A stretch of 64,000 nucleotides of DNA from Schizochytrium sp. TIO01 (taxonomy: Eukaryota > Protista > Bigyra: Labyrinthulomycetes): contig SMSO01000032.1 in the NCBI GenBank assembly GCA_004764695.1, forward strand, positions 1,984,001 to 2,048,000. Direction: 5' to 3'. A program made the translations under genes and the position numbers. Of this stretch, positions 1-12,980 are shown piece after piece. Position 1 is the stretch's first letter; every line of letters starts with the position of its first letter. The notes below the pieces were generated by a model. It was not told where the DNA came from and did no database searches. It saw only the letters and a program-made list of their open reading frames with translations.

Positions 1-815
1 AGATGATACACGAGGTTGTTTGTCTTATCATGATCCCGGCGAAAGTGTTTGTACGCGCGCTCATAAGCCGACCCCATTTGAAGATTTAAAAACGGTTTGT
101 ATGGCACACAAAAGAAGGGCGCTGAGACATACATCGCTAATTTAGAAAACTCCACCATCGTATTTCCTCTGTTGTACGACAAGTTTAAAGGGTTATTGGT
201 CAACACACGAATTAAGTTTATTAACACGAAAGTATGCGTCAGTAAAAAAAATCAGTTTCCCAGTTGCCTCGCGCGGACGATCTGCAACAAGCTTTGCTTT
301 GCTTTGCTTGTCTGCTTGCCTGCTTGCCAAGCAGCACGCTGGAGGCGAGAACGTTGAGCTTTGAGCTCCCACGCAGTGAGCCCCCTCTTTATTGCACCTG
401 AGAATCCTCAGCAAGCATATATATATATATACACACATCCTCCTAAGTAATACTTTGAACTGTCTCAAGTCCGCCCCTTTTCTACCTTCTCATGCTCGCC
501 CTGGCGACCATCCGGGCCTTTGCTCACTTACCTCGTAAATCCTGCTACCCCCAAACTCAAAGACCAAGCCCGTGCTCGCGCTTCAGCCCAAAGGAATGCT
601 CGCAGACCCCCGTGGCGCTAGCGTGGCTGCTCGGCAGGACAGGTTCGGGTTTTGGGTCTGGGTTCGGCCTTGGGCGCGTTCGAAGCTGTTTTGTTTCACG
701 ATAGTAGTAGTACCTACCTGCCTACTAACACCAGGTAGATAGGAGAAAGCCCAGGATCCCAAGGACCCAAGAACCCGCATCGCTAGCGACGAGGAAACGG
801 TTCAAGGGCACCATA

Positions 816-871
816 GGACTGACTGACTGACTGACTGACTGACTGACTCACGCACGCACGCACGCACGCAC
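816..871. repeat. Compound microsatellite (GACT)n(GCAC)n
   Basis: Directly visible: ggactgactgactg...cacgcacgcacgca. Confidence 0.95.
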
Positions 872-1891
872 TCAGTGGCTGACGACCCTCTGCGGAGCAA
901 GCGATCGGAGAGCGTCCAGCTCCTCGCTCTGAGGGGCCATGGGCCGTGCAATAATTGACTGGTTCCTCTCAATATCGGTCCATATCCATATCCATATCCA
1001 ATATCATTCCGCCACGGGAGCGCTGAAGAGAGAGAGACGCTCGCGGAGACCTTGGTCAGCTTTGCGTGCCTCGACGAGCGTGGTCGATCTCTGCGCGAGC
1101 GTGGAGGCTCGGCGGCCTGCAGAGCTGGAACTGTCTTGAGGCGGACAACCAAGCGACGTGGAGGGCCTACGCGGAATGTCGAAGGAGTGAATGGCGCAGT
1201 GAGCCTGCCTGGCTGCGAAGGCTAAAGAAAGCAAGCCTTGAGACAGCGACGACCCGACTGCCTCTGCCTCGATCTGTCTACCGCTGGCTGTGGACCCACT
1301 GCACAACTTGGACGGCTTCGACGTCGTGCTGTCCACAGGTTGGTAGAGCGATGAAGAGCGCCAGAACCTGGCTGCTGCAGCCCGCCCCAAAGTCGAGTCG
1401 AACTGGACGATTTGAATGAAGACCGCCCCGGGCTCCTTCAAGCGAGATGCTCGCCGCGACCGGTTCGAGGGAGGTCCTGTGCTCCTCGCTGGGCTGCGTG
1501 AGCTTGATTTCGCCAAGGCCGAGTTGTTGCCGAAACGGGATTCGGCAAGCGGAATTCGTCGATGATCTCGTGCGAGGCGAGTCCAAGATCTCGCCGCTCT
1601 GCGCAATGACGCGATCCCGCCAAGACCTGGTTGAACTCGTAGTCTGCGATTCCAAGCAGCCGCTGCTTTGACTCCTCCTTCGGTGAACTTCGAGGCCTCA
1701 GAAAGAAGCACACTCCACTGGAGGCACCGCGAGCGAGTTCCAGCCAGCCAGAACTCGAAGAGCAGAGGCCTCCCTGGTCTGGGATTCCAAACGAGGGGCA
1801 TATGCTGAGGATTGCGGTACCTATCTTCCATGTCTCGCTTTGGTATGATGCAGTAGGGGGCAGTAGGAGGTAGCGCGCTAGGTAGGAAGGG

Positions 1892-1897
1892 ATATAT

Positions 1898-1945
<48 letters not shown>
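1892..1945. repeat. (AT)n microsatellite
   Basis: Directly visible, with two TAAA interruptions. Confidence 0.95.
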
Positions 1946-1948
<3 letters not shown>

Positions 1949-2438
1949 CGTTTATGAAGAAATCGATTGAGATCCTATCCGTTTAAATGCACTCACTTTC
2001 TGCTGTATTGGAGACTTACTAACTTAACGAACTCGCTTTGATTCAAGCAAGGAGAGCAGGTGCCCCTGCAGTTAAGGAGCGATTGAGGCCGTACATGAGG
2101 AGCATGCAACTAAAGATCTCCTGAGGCTTGGGCAAAGTCGCCTACTTGCATAGCTAGCTAGAGTCGTGAACTTCCTAGGTAGGTAGATAAGTACAACTTA
2201 TGAATAGTACACACCCTTGTTTGTTTTACTTTTGAATGAAAGAATAGGTTGACTTTGACCATACAACATCAAGAGCGCAAGTCTATTCCTATCACGGTAC
2301 GGATGAAAAGGACACCGCAGACCCTGTCGATCGGCACACCTGTGCGCGACTTGAGAGAGAGTCTTCCTACCTTGGCGCTACCTCTCTCTGGTTGTTTCTC
2401 CTACCTAAGAGAGTGACTCAACGAAAGGAGATATAAAA

Positions 2439-4571
2439 ATGGAAACCAACGATGCCTTAGTTATACAAGAGGACTTTACACGGGCGCAACGTGGCAAAGG
2501 CTTTGTCCGTGCCCAAGCAGGGTTTCATGCAGATCTTTTGCCAACATGGGGGGGGAATGCAAAAGACATTCTTGAACAACCAAAGTGTTGGTCGAGCAGA
2601 GCTGTAACCCAGGAGGTACGACAAAGTGTCAGAGCACAAAAACTTGCAATACGTACTGGGCGGAGAAGTCAGAAAGGCGAAGATAGCAGTCGTCTTATGC
2701 GTTTACATCACCATAAAAAGTCGTTTCAAGGCTCTAATCCTAGTTCGAATCAGTCTCCTACAAGTAGCGAGGCTGGTGATATCATTGAAGCAAATGAGGA
2801 TCGCAATGGAAGAGGTGGTGCTGTGAGCAATGGCGGGCTTGGCCAGAAAAACCATACAGGAAAACTCGGAGCCCCAAGCCCACATGGAGGGGCCTCCTCA
2901 GCAGGGGGGGCAGGTCTGATTAGCCCTATTGATATTCTTGGTAATGACGTGCGAAATGCTGAAGGCACGCGCACCCAAGATATTTTGCAGAAAATTGAAG
3001 AACGATGCGAAGAGTTGCGAGAAGACCCTGAAGCGTTTCGTGAGCTTCTTCTAAAGATTATCAGAGTTAGAAAAGAGCACCAAAAGCCCCTACCATATGG
3101 ACGCAAGCTTGTTATAGAAAATAAATGGCTATGCGACGATAAGGAAACATGCATGGGTTATTGGCGTGAAATTCACGGCCTTAAGCGTCAGATTACAGAG
3201 ACAGAGGCAAAGCAGGATAAATTGCGTCTCCTAGCACTTTGGCCCACGCCGCCTGAGGAAAATCAGAGTCGTCAAAAGAGGGAGAACAAGATATTGGAGC
3301 GAGGTGCTGAGACCAACGTGCGTATTGTTGAGACGCAGTTGCGGCGAAAGCAGCTAGATGAAGAGCGACAAGAAGAGCTTCGCTATCTTATCAATCGTCG
3401 GGAAATGGCTACCGAATTTAAACGGAAATTGGAAAGATCTATGCAATTACGTGCTGCGCTCTGCAAGCTCGTTATTGTAGCTAAAGCTGGCAAGGAAATT
3501 AGTCTATGCTTAGAAGCAGTGCAAGCTCAAAATCAAGAGAGGCGTCGTAAACTCGTCGCAGCAGCTATTATTCAGCGCCGGTGGAAGTCCACAAAAGCTG
3601 CAGAAACGGGTGCTCAATACCGAAATGCTGTACGTGTTATTCGTCGGTTCGCTGTCCAAGCTGTGGAACTGCGCCGCAAACGAAAGCTGCGAGATGCAGT
3701 AAACATTATTCATTGGTTTCTCACAGCATACGAGAATGCAAATTTTCAGATGGTTATGCGAAATTATAGATATCGAGTCGTGAACTGTCAGCGTTATTTT
3801 CGAAGTTATGTAGAAATTACAAAACAACGATCAAGGGCCCTCAAGATACTTTGGGATAAGATTGAGCGGGAGAAGATTAAGACGGAGCGCACTCGCGCGA
3901 TTGCTGTAATGCGAAAGACTCGTTTAAAGGAACCATCCTCTAAAACTATTCGGAGCTCGCAGGAGCCTATGAATCCTGGCACTACAGGAAATCAGCGATC
4001 ACGCGGAGATCTCCATAATAACAATGTTCAGCCAAATCAAGGTCGCAAACGAAATCAAGCATTGCGCCAAATCAGAGTTAATGGAAGCGATCGCTCAATG
4101 CTCTCTATGCATCCAGGTTTGTATGAACAGGTATCTACGCGTTCAACACTTGTCAGTGGAGGAAACAGTACAAGCCTTATTGCCGCAGCTGATCTTGGCA
4201 TAAATGTTCATCGCAAAGTTCCGAAAGATATTCGTCGCAAACTCTTGAAGGAATATTTAGAAACTACAAGGACAGGGTTGAAAGAACAGTGGAAACGTTA
4301 TTGTCGTTCTAGAAATACAACAGCAGCTGAAGCACGTCTGGTAACAGTAGAAGATGTAAGATCTGCGGTTCATGCTAAGCATAATATGGATCTAGCATCT
4401 GTTTTTACGAAAAGGGGGGAAGCTCAGGCAGAAAAACAGGTACCACCATTTATGAAACTTTATACTTATGCAGTTGAAGGAGATATGCTAGCTCTCATCG
4501 AAAAGGGGCGAGCAATGGCTGATGAACAATTCCTTAATGTTCTCAATGAAGAAGATCCATCAAGTTCTTAA
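2439..4571 (+). CDS. Basic coiled-coil protein with IQ-like calmodulin-binding motifs (710 aa)
   Basis: Intact ORF with an aaaATGg start context. Long E/K/R-rich helical segments. IQ-like repeats AAAIIQRRWKS, AVRVIRRFAVQ, AVNIIHWFLTAY and RVVNCQRYFRSY. Confidence 0.75.
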   Translation: METNDALVIQEDFTRAQRGKGFVRAQAGFHADLLPTWGGNAKDILEQPKCWSSRAVTQEVRQSVRAQKLAIRTGRRSQKGEDSSRLMRLHHHKKSFQGSNPSSNQSPTSSEAGDIIEANEDRNGRGGAVSNGGLGQKNHTGKLGAPSPHGGASSAGGAGLISPIDILGNDVRNAEGTRTQDILQKIEERCEELREDPEAFRELLLKIIRVRKEHQKPLPYGRKLVIENKWLCDDKETCMGYWREIHGLKRQITETEAKQDKLRLLALWPTPPEENQSRQKRENKILERGAETNVRIVETQLRRKQLDEERQEELRYLINRREMATEFKRKLERSMQLRAALCKLVIVAKAGKEISLCLEAVQAQNQERRRKLVAAAIIQRRWKSTKAAETGAQYRNAVRVIRRFAVQAVELRRKRKLRDAVNIIHWFLTAYENANFQMVMRNYRYRVVNCQRYFRSYVEITKQRSRALKILWDKIEREKIKTERTRAIAVMRKTRLKEPSSKTIRSSQEPMNPGTTGNQRSRGDLHNNNVQPNQGRKRNQALRQIRVNGSDRSMLSMHPGLYEQVSTRSTLVSGGNSTSLIAAADLGINVHRKVPKDIRRKLLKEYLETTRTGLKEQWKRYCRSRNTTAAEARLVTVEDVRSAVHAKHNMDLASVFTKRGEAQAEKQVPPFMKLYTYAVEGDMLALIEKGRAMADEQFLNVLNEEDPSSS

Positions 4572-5410
4572 CTTAAACCCATTCCTGGTGATACTGATAT
4601 GGCAATCGTAAATGTACGCATGTAAATGATTGTTTCTGATGAAAAGAAAGTTGAGATCAAATTCTTACGTGAACCGTTAGCGTCGATCTTCGTGGTTAAG
4701 GAATTCAGGTGTTCCACCGAATGACAGAGTAGTTCAAATTGCGATGTTTACAAGGTGTTATGAGTTTTGAAAAACTTCTTACTTTTTCCTATCAAAAAAG
4801 CAAAACTTGTAAGTAAAATTTTGTGTTGAAATGTTATGTCCATGAATGCTAAGTCGATGCGCATCTTCTTAATTGGATTAGTATATCTCCTTTTTTTTAA
4901 CAAACGATGAATAGATTTGATTTTAATTTTAATTTTTTATTTTTAATATTTTTAACTGCACATAAATCAATAATTTTTGGCCCCGATAAACTGGTGCAGA
5001 GTTATGTAAGGGCACCACCAATAAAGGTGCCATTCCCATAGCCAATTCGCATGGATGGTTAATTTTTACCCCGCAATAACACGATACGTACATTGGTCTT
5101 GAAAAAGCCTTCTTATCGATGGGGCAGAAAAAGATGAGTTTTCAAAAGTTGCTCAAATCTTCTCGCGATAACGCGAGGATGGCCTAGGGGGTGAGATCAC
5201 TAAAACACATCTTTTTCCGTCTTACTATTCAAATCTAGTATGTGAAGGTTTACACGCCGGCAAAAGTACAGGTGTAAAAAGTATAAGGGCTTCTACAAGA
5301 GGAACGGCGAAACAGGGAACGATTGCAGTGACATACCTTTCCTCAAACGCGAAAGTGGAATGTGAAAGGAAACATTGAGTACACTCACTTTTGTAAATCA
5401 ACAACTTCAA

Positions 5411-7177
5411 CTAATTGGCATTAATTGAACACTCACCCATGTCTGTTTCCATACTTGATACTGCACGTCCGTGGATATCTTCGCTATCGCTACTTTCGTC
5501 ATCATCCGAAGTTGTGGTATTATGATTATCATCAACATCGTCATTGTCAGTTGATGGAAGACGCTGGATCACAGGGTCCAAGACGGCGACTACATCGTTG
5601 GCTTCTCTCAGATAGGCACTTTGGCGCAAGCCATTTAAATAATCCTTTTCATGGAGCACGTTGAACTGCAAAAGCGCTTTGACGCTTTCAGCGAAGTTTC
5701 TTCGCACAGAGTCCTCGAATATATCTCCGAGGGCATCTTCTGAAACGCGACAGGATTTATGAACAAGCAAAACCATCTCACGATTGCCGTTTCGTGCTGC
5801 AGCTTTCAAAAGTTCAGGGCCAAGTGCCTTTAGATTATCTGGACTGACAATATCACTTTCTAGACAAGCCTGCACAAATTGTACCTGGTTTGTACGCGTG
5901 GCCTCAATAAGCTCACTCTCCAGAGCAAGAATCCAGGTTTTCTCGCGAGCCAGAAGCTCATCACGTCTGCCGAGTTCATTGGCGTCTACGACAAACCCAG
6001 GAGCGCGCAGACGAATATTAAGTGCTTCAAATTCATGGCGGATTCTTGCTTTGAACGTTCTCGCTAAAGAGAGGGAAAGAGCAATTTCGTTGGCCCTTGA
6101 CGCGTGTGAGAAAGCTGCAAAAGTGAGTTCATCCACGGAAGCATGCCCATGCTTATTGCCAGCTTTTGCAATTACGTAGAAGACCAAAGTACCCATGCCA
6201 CGCTGTGCGCACTTCCGTGCAGTATCCATTGAGCACCTTCCATCGAGGCAGTCCAACTTTAACCCATAGTCCAGCATCATCTTTGCCATATCCTCACGTC
6301 CCGCAACTACTGCCAAATTAAGAAGTACATACACAACCTCAGGGCGTGCAAGTACAGGTCTCTCGAGGATGTTATGTTCTCTTCCCGTTTGGTCGTTGAC
6401 TCTGGCTGGCATGCGCTTTGCGTGCAACACGGTCTCTAGCGCTTGCGCGTAGTTCGCGCAAATAGAGCCATATGCCATTTTAGAGAGCATTTCACGTGCG
6501 TCCTCCCAGTCCTCTGCAATTGCCATATTGCAGATCTCGCATGCGGCCCGTTCGCAGACATCCTGTTCGCATGCATTACTATTTTCTCTTATGCTAGTAT
6601 TCAAGAGCATCTTATCGCTGTACTTACCACCATCCTTGTAAGCACTGAGACAAAAAGCATCGTCCTCAAGAACTATATCACCTCCACTGCTCTCAACCTT
6701 ATCCATGGTATACCTATCACCTTTAAGAGAACTTTGAGCAGCTCGAGAAGTTGCTGCCTGACCTGCTTTGGAACGAATACCTTCGTTCGAAATTCGAGGG
6801 CTATCGCAACTATCTCGAGAGTTTTCAGCCGAGACTTCTCGAGGCTGATTTTGGCTATCTTTATAAGTGTTCTTACTGGGTATGTGTGCTTCAACTGATT
6901 TCTTACTTTGAGAGTTCTGGGCAACAGCATCTTCTTCAGTATAAGGAAAGAGACGTCTCCACAATTTATCGAGCTCCTCAGCAGCTTCACGATCTTGAGG
7001 ATGCAAGTCCTGCCTGCGCCGTGCGTTAGTGAAGGACGCCAAAAGCGCTCGAAGTCTATACTCGCCGCCGTCGATGTGCAATTTAAGGACTGAGCTCGAG
7101 ATTGCAAGGCGCCCAAGGCTCTGCAGGTCAAGCATAGCAAGTACCTCTGCAAGAACATCACCATCCAAAGAGTCCAT
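5411..7177 (-). CDS. F-box-like N-terminus plus ankyrin-like repeats and acidic tail (~588 aa)
   Basis: First in-frame ATG at 7177 gives MDSLDGDVLAEVLAMLDLQSLGRLAISS (F-box pattern). Ankyrin-like units: LNLAVVAGREDMAKMMLDYG, LIEATRTNQVQFVQACL, LLKAAARNGNREMVLLV, FEDSVRRNFAESVKALL. Confidence 0.7.
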   Translation of the reverse strand: MDSLDGDVLAEVLAMLDLQSLGRLAISSSVLKLHIDGGEYRLRALLASFTNARRRQDLHPQDREAAEELDKLWRRLFPYTEEDAVAQNSQSKKSVEAHIPSKNTYKDSQNQPREVSAENSRDSCDSPRISNEGIRSKAGQAATSRAAQSSLKGDRYTMDKVESSGGDIVLEDDAFCLSAYKDGGKYSDKMLLNTSIRENSNACEQDVCERAACEICNMAIAEDWEDAREMLSKMAYGSICANYAQALETVLHAKRMPARVNDQTGREHNILERPVLARPEVVYVLLNLAVVAGREDMAKMMLDYGLKLDCLDGRCSMDTARKCAQRGMGTLVFYVIAKAGNKHGHASVDELTFAAFSHASRANEIALSLSLARTFKARIRHEFEALNIRLRAPGFVVDANELGRRDELLAREKTWILALESELIEATRTNQVQFVQACLESDIVSPDNLKALGPELLKAAARNGNREMVLLVHKSCRVSEDALGDIFEDSVRRNFAESVKALLQFNVLHEKDYLNGLRQSAYLREANDVVAVLDPVIQRLPSTDNDDVDDNHNTTTSDDDESSDSEDIHGRAVSSMETDMGECSINAN

Positions 7178-8413
7178 CCTTTTCCTTACTTGAAGTTGAA
7201 AACAGCAACGGAACCGGCGGAGGGGGGAGGAGGCGACACCAAAGAGCAATGATGAAGGATTCGACCACCGGGCGAGCGAGGGGATGCACCTGAGTTCAAT
7301 GAGCCACGCCAAGAGAGAGAGATAATTTTAGTACTCGATCTGTTGTGTACTAGGTACTGTGCTCTACCTACTCCCATATCTGGAACTACAATTTTTATAA
7401 TAATTGTAAAAATATATCTATACTATCTTTTGGAGTTCTTCATGTGGAAATGAGGCTTCGACTACTTGCTAAGGCTGGGCAAAGCACGCGTGTTGTGATA
7501 GGTCGGGGCTGTAGGGAAGATAGAATCCGTACTTTTGAAAATAACTATTATGTAGGCCTCAAATTGGATTTCCAACACCATTTCTAGACAAAGTCGTGTG
7601 TCCGTACGGGGAGTGAAATCATTCTAATCTTAGTCCTGCTAATGATGTTAATAAAATTGATAATAATTCAATTTTATAAAATCCGAAAAAGAAAAGATAT
7701 CACCCAGAAAAAATTAAGTCTTAGGAAAGCAGCCTCAACCTGCTCTAGTAGTCGTGAAAATGATGATCGTATTGAGGATTAACCACTTTCTCAACCTCAG
7801 GGATACATATATTTAAATAAATCAGGTTGTCAAAATTTATCACAATTCAGAACAGCTAGAATTCCTCAGATCTTGATCAACTACGAGCTAGAAAGCTGTT
7901 TAAATGCCAACCACATCAAAGCCATTATACATACAGAATACGCTAAAGCACGGGAAAGATGCTATTCAGTGGTACTTTACCTTAAACGTTTGGATAGTCT
8001 CTTAAAAGAAGCTACCTGATGGGCGGCTCAGCAAAAAATCTTGAGGAGAAAGAACACAAAACCGTATTAGTTATGGTTTTACCAGATGTTCTGCCTAGAA
8101 AACTATATATGCAGTAATTATTCAATTTGTATAGATGCATCAGGGCGTCAGCATAAAAGAACTCACGATGCCTTTGGACTTCCATCAGCCGCGAGAGCCA
8201 ATAAGCTCAAGCAACGCCCACACCACATACCGAATAAAATGTATTTACAATTCCTGGCTTGTAGTAGCAGTAAGAGTAGTAGTAATTTAGTAGTTGTCGT
8301 TGACCAAAACCAGAATCGAAATCAAAACCGGAATCAATATTTGAGCTCATTCAATACACTGACATCATTTATCGGCTTTGTTGAAAACACAGAGCCCGAA
8401 GGAGGCTCCCTGC

Positions 8414-11400
8414 ATGGCGCAGGCTTTGCTGAGTGGTCTCCGGGAGGCCGCAAGGGCTTGGTCGTCGCGAAGTGGCGATGGCGATGCCGCCGCCGCTCAT
8501 GCCGCTTTGAAGGCCGTGAACGCGGCAGCCGATGCAGCGAGACCAGAGCTAGAAATATCCGAAGATGGCGCATCCGTTCGATCAAGAGAATCAAGGTGAG
8601 TAATATGTTTTGTCACAAAGGGCGACTTTGCTGACCGCAGTCAAGCGAACGAGGAGGCTAGATGTAGGTTGCTAACCTTGGAAACAGGTTAGAAGGGCTA
8701 CTAGACAAATGTCAATTATCTTCTGCCTGCAGATCAAAGGACCTGTCTTGAATGATGATGAAGGAAGTGGAAGAAGTAAGGGAACCTATGCACAAAAGAA
8801 AAGGACCCGAAGCTCGATCGAGGAGATGAGTTTTCGGTTTGGGACGAAGGGCAATTTCGCGGTGTCAACTAACTTTCTGGTGATTGGCTACTTGTGCGCA
8901 TTTGAATCGACAGGAGAGAAAAATTAATCTTTGAATGGATCAAAGGTGCTTTGACGCTAAGTGCGGACGATAATGGGAGTAAATGCCCTATTGAAGAGGA
9001 TCTTGATTTGGTATCATTCTTCTTCACACATAATACCACGCGAAACGTTTGCATTCGCTCTTTAATTCATGTATGCACATCATTCTCATCAGAAAGGGAT
9101 TGGGCATTTCTAAATGCTGCATTAGGCTTCGTTGCAGAAAGTGATGTGGAGATGGTTCTAATTGAATTTCAAAATGTCTGGGGAGAACATAGGGTGCAGC
9201 AACTATCGATGTTAGGCAGTGAGGGTAGCTCAAGTTTGGACCCTTTGTGTCGTGTTCTTGCACGGCTTCTTTACCTTGCTAGGCCTGGACGTCTCTCAGG
9301 GAGGGCCATCCGAACATTTGTGAAACGTTCAGACCTTTCTCCTGGCAATTTGTACGATATTTTACGATCAGTCAAATATGCTCTCCCTTCGTGCGATCCA
9401 TCCATGGTAAGAGAACTTCTTGCCTCTGTGTTTACACAAGCTAGTACAATTGTTTTAAGCGAAGAGATATTAACTGCCAGTTTTGATTTGGCATCTGTTC
9501 TTTTACACGAGACCCTGTACGAATTGTGGCTGAATGCATTTTGGATGGATCAGAGTTCCTGTGGTTTCCTTCTCAGACTTCATGCAAGACCTCTGCAATG
9601 TGTGCTGCGGGACCAACTGATCCATGTTCTGGCCGAACAGTGCAATAAGGACCCTAATCGCTTAGTACCCAGTATCTGCATTGCAATCTATTGTGGAGCA
9701 GAACATGAAAACGCCACTGAGAAACTGATGTCTGTACTCAAAAGACCACCCTCATCACTTAACAAACTTGACTCAGCATACCTTAGAGGCCTTTTATCAA
9801 AGACTGCAATAACTATGTCCTCAAGAGAAAGCTCTGCTAGCCAGCAACGAGTCGCGTTGCACGTTTTCAATGAAATTGCACTACTCGATACCGAGGTATG
9901 TTTCAAGGTGATCGGAGAAGCCTTGCAAGGATGTGAATGGATTGATTCTCGTCTTCTATTTACGTTGGTACAATCAAGAACAAAGAAAATGTGCGGCCCG
10001 CCTCAGCCGCTAGTCGTCCAATTAATTGATCATATTTTCTCACCAATGTCAAAAACTAATGCGGAGGTAGTGTGCATAGTGGTCTGCGCACTAGGAAGTG
10101 CTGCCCAGCACACTCTTTTTCTTGAAATCCAGCATCGTATGAAAATGTCACGTCGCCACAGTGTAACCGATCGAGTTAAGCTGGCACTTTCACATCTTTT
10201 GCCAGCCCTCTTAGCGAGAAAAGAGGATTGGAAATCAAAACAATTGATAAAAGAGGAGAACGAAGCGAGAGTTGAGAAAAGTCAAGAATTGCACATTCTC
10301 CACGAACTTGCAACGTTTCTAGCGCAAAGCTGCCGTTTCAGTCAAGAATATGCTGTTACTATCTGTGAGATGCTTTTATCTGCTGAAGAACACACTGATG
10401 GTCATTTAATCGCCTCTTCCCATGCACTAGACCCTCTTCGTCATGCTCTAGATGAATTCTGCACTCAGGTTGTGCACGTGCCCAACAAGAAAACTAAAGG
10501 GTCAGGTAATCCATGCCTTGTGTCTCTTCTTCAACTTCCCGTCGCACTAGCCCTACGAGCTCGCAAAAGCCTTGGCCTGACAAATGATTCCTTGTTTGAG
10601 AATGTGCGAAATGCAGCTTATGCAGCTTTTAAATTAGACGAGGGTGTGAAGGACCTTCCGACTCGGCTCACTGCGTTTGTGCGGGTTGAACAACATCAGG
10701 ATTCATTAGAACTGTGTGCCCTGTTAGCAGAAGCTGCATGTGAACAGGGGGAGATTTCAAATTGTCTTAGCTTATGTCAGTGTTGCGGCATGATTTTAAG
10801 CGAGGCAGCTACCAAGGGCTCACCAATGGTAGCTTCCCCTTTCCTAGAAAATGGTACCATATGCCAAAAGATTGTGTCGTTCCTAGTTCCCTTGCTCGTG
10901 TCACTACCTGTGGAGTGTATTGAATTTCTTGTTTACCTCCTCTCGAGTCAAAAAAGAAAATCACCTACAAACGCACTTCAACTTGGCAACCTCATTGGCT
11001 TACTTGAGAAAATCCGGACTAGTATGGAAGAAGGGTCGAATATAAACCACCACCACCACCACCACCATCACCTAGGAGGAGATTCACGAGATTCCCAGGA
11101 CCATCTTCAATCTTGCGAATTAAGAACTCTTGGTTTGATTCATGATATCATAGCTCCTTCTGAACATAATCCAAAGGATGTCATCAAGTCTAACTTGACA
11201 ATCACGGAAGTAGCAGGGTCATCTTTAGAACGTGTGGCTGCTCTCTTCCTCCACGCGATGCATACAAGCGGTTTGACAAGTACACAATTTCAAGCATATT
11301 GCCGAACATTGATCCTGTTCTTACCGTTAGCAAAGATTGAGAGTCAACGTGGAGTTGTTGCAGTGCAAAAGGCATGCTTTGAGCTGTTGCTCACAATGGA

Positions 11401-12739
11401 TCTATCTACCGTTGCAAATCTTCGTATGCTTTTGGATGTGGTGCTCCCCATCCCCTCGATAGATTCTATTGATACATTGGACCGTGCTCTCAAGCTTCTT
11501 GAGGTACCTCTGATGGGTGTAATGGAGCTGAAACAAAAACTCCGTCATAATGAACGCGTCCCTCACATTACAAACTCTAAGATATCACTACATACCGCAG
11601 TGTCGCATTCCATTTCTGTACTAGACTCTCTTGTTGGAGCACGTGCTTTGCACCTTACAGAGAGCGAACAATCCCTAAAAAACCATGCACGACTGACGCA
11701 GTTTCTACAAATGATTTGGTGCGATGATGGGCTTAGCCAGATCGATACAGCATTGCATAATAGGATCACCCTTCTAAGTGTACATGTTTGTGCTGTAGCT
11801 TCTAGATCGTTAGAACTTCTGCGCCAAGTTAGATTTTGTGAGCAAGGATGCATTGCTGTCTCGCGTTGTAGGCGCCGTACGGGAGGGCATAGTGTTGAGA
11901 CCTCGTCAGTTCGACCAGCACGGAAACGTCGTCACCCAAAGCACAGTCGGCATACAAGCTTTGATCAGGTGAAGATTGAACAAATTTTGGATCAACTTAC
12001 TCACTTAGTATATGTTGCAAAGTCTATTTGTGCTTGGACAAACCAAACAAATAAGCATTCATCTCGAGTAGATATTTTTTTGGAAAGATTGCGCGAGACT
12101 CTTTTTGCATGTGAGGTAGATTCTCGAGCTGCTCTTTCTAGTGATGAACATATGAATGAGATGTTGGATAACAACCATGGTCATGTGTCTGGTTATAGGG
12201 CAGTGTTACGCTCAGCTAAAGGTAATATCAAGGAAGGTCAAGATGCTTCACCGAATATACATACAGAGCATAACTCGGTAGAGCAATCTTTGAGCCAATC
12301 TGATGAACGAGTAATCTATCCCTCTAAAAGGAAGATTATTCCTATCAAAAGAGAAGGCAGTGAGTTAGCTAAAGACCCCATATTCCAAAGCATCGAAAAT
12401 GCATCATCAACTCAAGATCCGAATGTATCTTACAACATTACTGTTTCTGTGAAGCTGGTTCGGAAGCTTTGCAAAGCTCTGGAGAGCTCGTCAACTCCAC
12501 CTAGCGTGAAAAGTAAGGATGAGCGCAAACAAATTGAGTACAATTTGACAACAAGCAAGAAGAGGAGAAGAGAATCCCAGATGAAAGAGATTCTCAACCC
12601 TAGTCTTCGTCGAAGACGAAGCAATAATTCATATATTGATGAAGGTCTCGAGGAAGTAGCAGCGGATGGAGATAGTGATGGGTATGAAGACCTTGAGGGC
12701 TTTATTGTTTGTCCAGGAGATGCATCTTATTTCAAATAA
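8414..12739 (+). CDS. Large uncharacterised alpha-helical (ARM/HEAT-like) protein, two exons 8414-8595 and 8914-12739, ~1335 aa
   Basis: The 1262 aa ORF starts at TTG, not ATG. An upstream ATG exon ends at a GTGAGT donor (8596), with ACTAAC branch at 8868 and CAG acceptor at 8911-8913. The join is in frame (4008 nt). Leu/Cys-rich helical body, His8 tract, basic NLS-like segments, acidic C-terminus. Confidence 0.75.
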
Positions 12740-12980
12740 GAGTCGAACCCTCCCTTGAACCTAAATTTGCATGTAAAGTACATTCTGTGCAGGTACTTTC
12801 ATTTTTATTTTTTTTAAAATTATCATGATAACTTGCTTGGAAAACTTGGTCTGTTGTATAAAAAGGTTTTGCTTCTTTCATTTTTAAAGAGGCGAGAAAC
12901 AGGGGTACTACTATGCGCAAGATACTTGTATTAGAATTAGAAATGAATTACTTCAATACTGCTTTGAACAATAATACTAC

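Noticed and set aside
4974-5133. Weak inverted repeat (ttttggccccgataa ... ttatcgatggggcagaaaa) as a MITE
   Set aside because: Short and gapped, with no TSD; compatible with chance.
8709-8927. 72 aa ORF or alternative exon 2
   Set aside because: Lies mostly inside the inferred intron; joining exon 1 at 8733 gives a stop within six codons.
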